Notes under the pieces: model-generated
Database searches by the model: none
The model's input: the letters and a program-made list of their open reading frames with translations, nothing else
What the model was told of the DNA's origin: nothing
Assembly (NCBI GenBank): GCA_041483895.1
Contig: JBGPGO010000012.1
Location: 64,001 to 128,000, forward strand
Length of the DNA: 64,000 nucleotides
Reading direction: 5' to 3'
From: Fimbriimonadia bacterium
GTDB taxonomy: Bacteria > Armatimonadota > Fimbriimonadia > Fimbriimonadales > JABRVX01
Shown: positions 59,130 through 64,000 of the stretch, one piece after another
Layout of the letters: every line of letters begins with the position of its first letter
Numbering within the stretch: the first letter of the stretch is position 1
Translations under genes and position numbers: made by a program

Positions 59130-60878
59130 CTACTTGCTGAATTGCGCTCCCCGCCATTCGGCGAAGAGCGGCTTCAGCTTGTTGCGTTGATACTTGCCGG
59201 TTGAGGTGACCGGAAACTCGGTCCCGAAGACCACCACTTTGGGCCGTTTGGGATGCGGCAAGTGTTGCGCGCAGTGGGCCAGGATTTGGTCGGCGGTCGT
59301 CGCAACGTCCTCCGCCAGCACCACGTAAGCTCCAACCTCCTCGCCATAGGTGTCGTTTTCGAAACCGACGGCCATGCCGGCCTTCACCCCGGGACAATGG
59401 TTGATCACCTCGTCGATCTCGAACGGGCTGTAGTTTATGCCGCCTCGGATGATCAGCTCCTTGATGCGGCCGGTGATGAAGAAGTAGGGCCGTCCGTCCT
59501 CGCCCTCCATCCAGAAGCCCTCGTCGCCGCTGCGGAACCATTTGTGCTTGAAGGTGTCCGCATTGGCATCGGGGCGCTGGAAATAGCCCTTCATGACGCA
59601 ATGGCCCCGCGCGACAATCTCGCCCCGCTCGCCCGGCGGCATCGATTTGCCTTTGTCGTCATGGATTGCCATTTCGTTGCACGAGATCGGGCAGCCGATA
59701 CTGGGGAAGCCATATTCTCGCATCCACTTCGCGTGCTCTTCTTTTGGCTGACGCAGGGGCAGGAAACAATCGTAGCATGTGGTTTCGCTCAGCCCGTAGC
59801 CGTGTTGGATGACCTGGCCGAACTGTTCCTCGAACCGTTGGCCGAGCTCGACGGTGAGCGGGCCGGCGCCGCAGATGAAATGGCGAAAATGGGACAATTC
59901 GAACTTGGTGAGGTCCTCGGCGCGCTCGCATAGGAAGGCAAGGACGGTTGGGACGACGCTGACGACGTTTACCCGATGCTGCGAAAGGACCTGCCAGAAG
60001 CTGCCGGCGCTAAATCTTCGGTTGAGGACCACGGAGCCGCCGAAGTAGAGCGGCGTGCAGAGCGTGACAATAATGCCGTTCACGTGATGGATGGGCAAAA
60101 TGCACATCATCCGGTCGCCCTCGGACAGCTCGTGCCATTCGGCGATGGAGTGGGCGTCGGCGAGCTGGTTGTATTGCTCTAGAACCACCCCTTTCGGGGC
60201 TCCGGTCGTGCCGCTGGTGTAGACGATCAGGCTCTCTGTCTCCGGGCCAAAGTCGGGACGCTTGAACGTGGTCGGGTGCTTGTCGATCTCCCTTCGAAGC
60301 TGCTGATACTCCGGCGCGGGGCCGCCCATCATTTGGACGAAGTGCCGGATCTTTGCGCTTCGGATCGGGGCGTATCGGGCGACGAAATCCGGCATGATGA
60401 ACATTGCCTTCGCTTCGCAGTTGTCCTGGATGAAGGCGATTCTCTCATCATCCTCGCCGGAATTGAGCGGAACCACGCATAGACCGGCGAGCCAAGCCGC
60501 GAAGTAGAGCTGGACCGTGATGGGGTGGTTGTAGGCGAGGACGGCGATCCGATCCCCTACGGTTAGGCCGAGCTCCTTCGTGAGGTAGTTGGCGGTCCGG
60601 CACACCTCTTGATAGAACTGTCCGTAGGAAAAATCGGTGGTTTGGCCTTCTTGGTGATAGATCAGCCAGGTTTTGAGGGCGAGGCGCTTGCATTGCTGTT
60701 CGATCAGATCGGCCAGGGTGTCAACCTTGGTCATCCGTCGGCTGAATGGCCGCCCCTCCATGCCTCTTGCGGCAAGGATGTTTCCCTCGTTCCTCGGGAC
60801 ATGCTTTAGGGTTTCGGGATTGGCCCCCTCGGCTCCCTCGTTCCTCGGGACAGGCCTCGGGGCGTGGTTCTGGCTCAT
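59130..60878 (-). CDS. Class I adenylate-forming enzyme (acyl-CoA synthetase family)
   Basis: YTSGTTGAPKG, GYGLSET, SGD, GRIKELIIRGG and TGK motifs. Confidence 0.93.
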   Translation of the reverse strand: MSQNHAPRPVPRNEGAEGANPETLKHVPRNEGNILAARGMEGRPFSRRMTKVDTLADLIEQQCKRLALKTWLIYHQEGQTTDFSYGQFYQEVCRTANYLTKELGLTVGDRIAVLAYNHPITVQLYFAAWLAGLCVVPLNSGEDDERIAFIQDNCEAKAMFIMPDFVARYAPIRSAKIRHFVQMMGGPAPEYQQLRREIDKHPTTFKRPDFGPETESLIVYTSGTTGAPKGVVLEQYNQLADAHSIAEWHELSEGDRMMCILPIHHVNGIIVTLCTPLYFGGSVVLNRRFSAGSFWQVLSQHRVNVVSVVPTVLAFLCERAEDLTKFELSHFRHFICGAGPLTVELGQRFEEQFGQVIQHGYGLSETTCYDCFLPLRQPKEEHAKWMREYGFPSIGCPISCNEMAIHDDKGKSMPPGERGEIVARGHCVMKGYFQRPDANADTFKHKWFRSGDEGFWMEGEDGRPYFFITGRIKELIIRGGINYSPFEIDEVINHCPGVKAGMAVGFENDTYGEEVGAYVVLAEDVATTADQILAHCAQHLPHPKRPKVVVFGTEFPVTSTGKYQRNKLKPLFAEWRGAQFSK

Positions 60879-60974
60879 CGTGGACACCTCCCCTTGATTG
60901 TAACCGCCCGGCCCCCAACTGTCAAGCGGTCGGGCTAAAGTGCGCCCGCCAACATGGATGAGTACAATGCGGTT

Positions 60975-61193
60975 ATGAGATTTCAGGTCATCTTTACGTA
61001 CGATGAGGACTACAAGGGCTATGTGGCGGAGGTGCCGGAACTTCCCGGTTGTTTTAGCCAAGGAAAGACAATGGAAGAGGCGATGGAAAACGTTCGCGAT
61101 GCCATTCAGGGCGTGCTGCATGTGATGGCTGAAAGCGGCGAGCCATACACGCCGACCGGCAAAATGATCCTCGTTGGTGAGATCGCCGTCTAA
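60975..61193 (+). CDS. hicB: HicB-like antitoxin (short form)
   Basis: YVAEVPELPGCFSQGKTMEEAMENVRDAI motif. Confidence 0.9.
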   Translation: MRFQVIFTYDEDYKGYVAEVPELPGCFSQGKTMEEAMENVRDAIQGVLHVMAESGEPYTPTGKMILVGEIAV

Positions 61194-61194
61194 A

Positions 61195-61416
61195 ATGGGG
61201 AAGCTTCCCGTCGTCTCCGGGCAACAGGCTGTCAAGGCTTTCGTGCAATTGGGTTGGACAGTGAGTCACCAGACCGGCAGCCACATCATCATGCAACGAT
61301 CCGGCCACCCAACATTGTCGATACCAAATCACCGGGAATTGGCGCCTGGGCTTCTTCGCGGCCTTGTCCGCCGGACAGAGATCACGGTTGGGGAATTCGT
61401 TGCCGTCTTGAAATAG
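61195..61416 (+). CDS. hicA: HicA family toxin
   Basis: LPVVSG...GW...GSH...IPNHRELAPGLL motif, immediately after hicB. Confidence 0.9.
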   Translation: MGKLPVVSGQQAVKAFVQLGWTVSHQTGSHIIMQRSGHPTLSIPNHRELAPGLLRGLVRRTEITVGEFVAVLK

Positions 61417-61421
61417 CTCGG

Positions 61422-62696
61422 TTACATCTTGAAAGACACGCCGAACGCCAAGGCGATCACGGCGCCGTCTCTACTGTTTGTGCCGACGTTTACGGATACT
61501 TCCGATGCGTTCCAGGACCTGTCCGGGCCTGGACGGAATCGCCCAACCACGCCGTAGCGCGATGGAACTCCGAATTTCTCCACCGGGCGATAATACAGCC
61601 CGATCCTCCATTTCCAAACGCGGGCGCAATGAGTCGCTGGATCGACGTACGGCATCTCGTCTTGCCAAGCAACGGCGAAACCGGCTCCCGTGGTCTGACA
61701 GATGGGACCGTTGAAGAAATTTATCGTCTTTTGCTCGAAGGCGGCTTGCAGCATGATTCCCCTTCTTCCGGCCCCGAAGAGTTGTGAGACGGCCAGCGTC
61801 GTTATGTGCATGTCCGCAATCTGGGTGAAGTGGCGGTACGTCTGCAAGAGGCCGATTTTGAACCTTCTCATGCTGTCTGAATAAGCTCTTGACTCATTCT
61901 CAAGCTCCGTCGCCAAAGGATTTGTCGACACATCCGCAAGGGGATCCGCGGCCAGGGTGTATGCAAGCTGCTGCGCCTTTCGCTGGCGCTTCCCGACGCT
62001 GTCTAAATAGGCGCGCCGGCTGAAGGAAAGGTCGACTCTGGCGGATGCGGCGAAGGATGTGTGGCTCCCTCCCGTTTCTTGGGCAGCGAGGTCGACCCCA
62101 GATCGGTTGAATCCAACCGCGAAAGCCGTTGTACCCAGGGAGTTCTCGCCGACCCGGCGTCCATCGAATGAGAGCGCTCCGATCACCTCTGGGTTTTCCA
62201 CTGCTCGCTGGAAGGCATGCCGCATCTTCTCTCTGCCCGCCAGGAAATCGACGACGCAAGGATCATCGGTCAATGCGCGTCTCCCTAGGATGATGGCTTT
62301 CGAGGCCAAAATGGCATCCAGAGTTTTCGACATTGCAACCGCACGCGTCCTAACATCACCTCTTTGAGCGGTAGTGAGCGCTTTGATTACGTTCGACACG
62401 CCCAGATCAGGGGAACCGACGATGTGAATCTGATCTTTGATTCGCTTGTAGATTTTTGCGAGACATTCGACATTGAAAACGACGCTGTGTCCACAGTCAT
62501 ATTTCATCATTGCCTCAGAAGTGTTGTCCTGACCTGCCGTCGGATAGCACTTGTCGTCGATGAGAGTAACCGCCCCCGCAACGTTGCCTGTGGAGCTTTG
62601 CTCCGGACTGTTCTGATTGGACTTAGCCGTGTCGTCGCCGTCGGCGTATGCCAACGACGTGAACAAAGATACGAAAACGAGTAGAACCACGCGCAC
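61422..62696 (-). CDS. Hypothetical exported protein, possible C-terminal beta-barrel
   Basis: Signal peptide ending AYA, AGGAGG RBS, and alternating beta-strand pattern ending FGVSFKM. Confidence 0.65.
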   Translation of the reverse strand: MRVVLLVFVSLFTSLAYADGDDTAKSNQNSPEQSSTGNVAGAVTLIDDKCYPTAGQDNTSEAMMKYDCGHSVVFNVECLAKIYKRIKDQIHIVGSPDLGVSNVIKALTTAQRGDVRTRAVAMSKTLDAILASKAIILGRRALTDDPCVVDFLAGREKMRHAFQRAVENPEVIGALSFDGRRVGENSLGTTAFAVGFNRSGVDLAAQETGGSHTSFAASARVDLSFSRRAYLDSVGKRQRKAQQLAYTLAADPLADVSTNPLATELENESRAYSDSMRRFKIGLLQTYRHFTQIADMHITTLAVSQLFGAGRRGIMLQAAFEQKTINFFNGPICQTTGAGFAVAWQDEMPYVDPATHCARVWKWRIGLYYRPVEKFGVPSRYGVVGRFRPGPDRSWNASEVSVNVGTNSRDGAVIALAFGVSFKM

Positions 62697-62721
62697 TCCT
62701 ACACCTCCTACAATAAAGAAA

Positions 62722-64000
62722 CTATGCCGGGATGGCCGGGGACTCGCGAATCGCCCCGACCTTTTCCCAGATCGGATGGTCCGGTTCATAGTGCCGTTGC
62801 AGCGCCGGCAGAGCCATAGCGATCGCTTCTTCGGCATCCCCCGATCGGCCCAATTTGGCAAGCGCCGTCGCCTTCCAAAACAGGCTGATGCCGGCATCCA
62901 ACGACAAAATCGGCTGGGAAGCCAGATAGATGTTGGCTGCCTTTTCGTGGTTCGCCAAAGCTTCCGCCCATTTGTCCTGCTTGGCCAACGTTCGGCCGAT
63001 GTTGTTCAGCCGGATCGCCACTTTTTCACTCTCCGGACCGGAAACCTCCCGATCGATTTCCAACGCACGGTGAAGCAGTTCTAGGGTCTCTGTGAGATTT
63101 CCTTGTGACTCCCGCAACGTACCCATATTATTCAGGCAGGAGGCCAATTCCTTGCGCAATCCGGCCCGTTCGTACACGTCGTAGGCCTGTTGATAGTGGC
63201 TCATCGCCTCTTCGAAGAACCGATCCTCCTGCACCGCGGCGGCCCTCTGCTTGAGCACATATCCCAAACTGTTGTGGAAACCGGCAAGTCGAGGGTCGTC
63301 CGTCCCGAGGATTTTTCCCGCCTCCCGGAGCGCTTTTCGTGCTTCGTCCAACGCTTCGTCCGGGAGTTTCAGCGCCTGCAGCGATTCGGCGACTCGCTTT
63401 CGAAATTCGGCTGACGTGAACGTAGATGGCGGCGCGAGGCGAAGTCCCTCGCGAAAGGCCCCCAGCGCCTCCGGAAACGCATTCGATTCGAAGAGGGAGC
63501 TTCCGATGGCGTGGACAAGCCCGATGCAATCCTGTTCGATGCCCTGGGCGCGGCAGAGACCCAGTAGAACTTCGGCATGTGGAAGTTCTTTGTGCGATGC
63601 GGTGCGGTCGCCGACGTCAACCGCATCTTGCAGCCACCGCGCTATCGTCGTTGCCGACCTTCGGACCAGATCGACGCGCCGCTCGGGATCCAACAGCTCG
63701 AAGGCAAAGGCGCCGACCACCTGGTGCAGCGTGATCGACCCATCCGTATCGAAGGCGACCAATGAACAATCGCCGAGGTCCGCGAGCGCCTCGTCGTATT
63801 GCGGCTCGGACCAGTTTTCGCCGACCTCGAAGGGCAGCGTTCGTGGAATTCCGCGAGAGGCGTAACACGAGAGATGGCCGAGGACATCCTGGGCGAACGC
63901 GTTGACCGTTCCGTAGCTAAGCGACAGCGTGTCGAAGACGGAACCGCAATGGCCGGTCGCGTTTTGGAATCGGCGGCGGGCGGCCTCCAGCGACGAATGC
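62722..64000 (-). CDS. TPR protein, 5'-truncated by window edge; probable STAND/NB-ARC-type C-terminal half
   Basis: The frame stays open from the window end. It contains SVFDTLSLSY...DEALADL...SLV...LHQVV followed by LNNxG-type TPRs. Confidence 0.7.
   Translation of the reverse strand, partial: HSSLEAARRRFQNATGHCGSVFDTLSLSYGTVNAFAQDVLGHLSCYASRGIPRTLPFEVGENWSEPQYDEALADLGDCSLVAFDTDGSITLHQVVGAFAFELLDPERRVDLVRRSATTIARWLQDAVDVGDRTASHKELPHAEVLLGLCRAQGIEQDCIGLVHAIGSSLFESNAFPEALGAFREGLRLAPPSTFTSAEFRKRVAESLQALKLPDEALDEARKALREAGKILGTDDPRLAGFHNSLGYVLKQRAAAVQEDRFFEEAMSHYQQAYDVYERAGLRKELASCLNNMGTLRESQGNLTETLELLHRALEIDREVSGPESEKVAIRLNNIGRTLAKQDKWAEALANHEKAANIYLASQPILSLDAGISLFWKATALAKLGRSGDAEEAIAMALPALQRHYEPDHPIWEKVGAIRESPAIPA

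Noticed and set aside
59130..61235. 701-aa version of the acyl-CoA synthetase
   Set aside because: The extra N-terminus is antisense to hicB/hicA; a start near 60878 with an SD is more plausible.

Overview
This is a GC-rich bacterial chromosomal segment. PEP-CTERM proteins, dockerin-like C-terminal tails and the gene style suggest Armatimonadota, which is an inference. Housekeeping content: a complete SUF Fe-S operon (Rrf2-sufC-sufB-sufD-Rieske ferredoxin-sufS-sufU-sufT), rho, hpt, guaA, MTAP, ftsEX plus an M23 peptidase, initiator tRNA-Met, rfbB, gmhA, tatA, selA, a NatAB-like ABC pair, mtnA, bcp, dacB, ltaE, flgM, parAB, a peptide ABC transporter, secA and an acyl-CoA synthetase. Accessory content: a mini-Rhs with a Cys-rich HExxHxxGxxH tip and a coupled lipoprotein, a caspase-like plus HEPN(DUF4145) gene pair next to guaA, a tandem duplication of an FG-GAP/ASPIC-UnbV gene whose junction is still readable, hicBA, and a truncated STAND-like TPR gene. 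The most striking layer is non-coding. A REP-associated tyrosine transposase (RAYT) sits beside an 8-copy REP array, and at least five other palindromic repeat families are present. These include a 9-copy GTAG/GTGG-capped 54-57 nt long-loop hairpin with covarying stems, repeats that supply stop codons, and repeats translated in frame inside dacB. A sigma28-like promoter and a c-di-GMP-I riboswitch precede flgM. No CRISPR array was found. All calls come from reading the sequence by eye; no database search was run.
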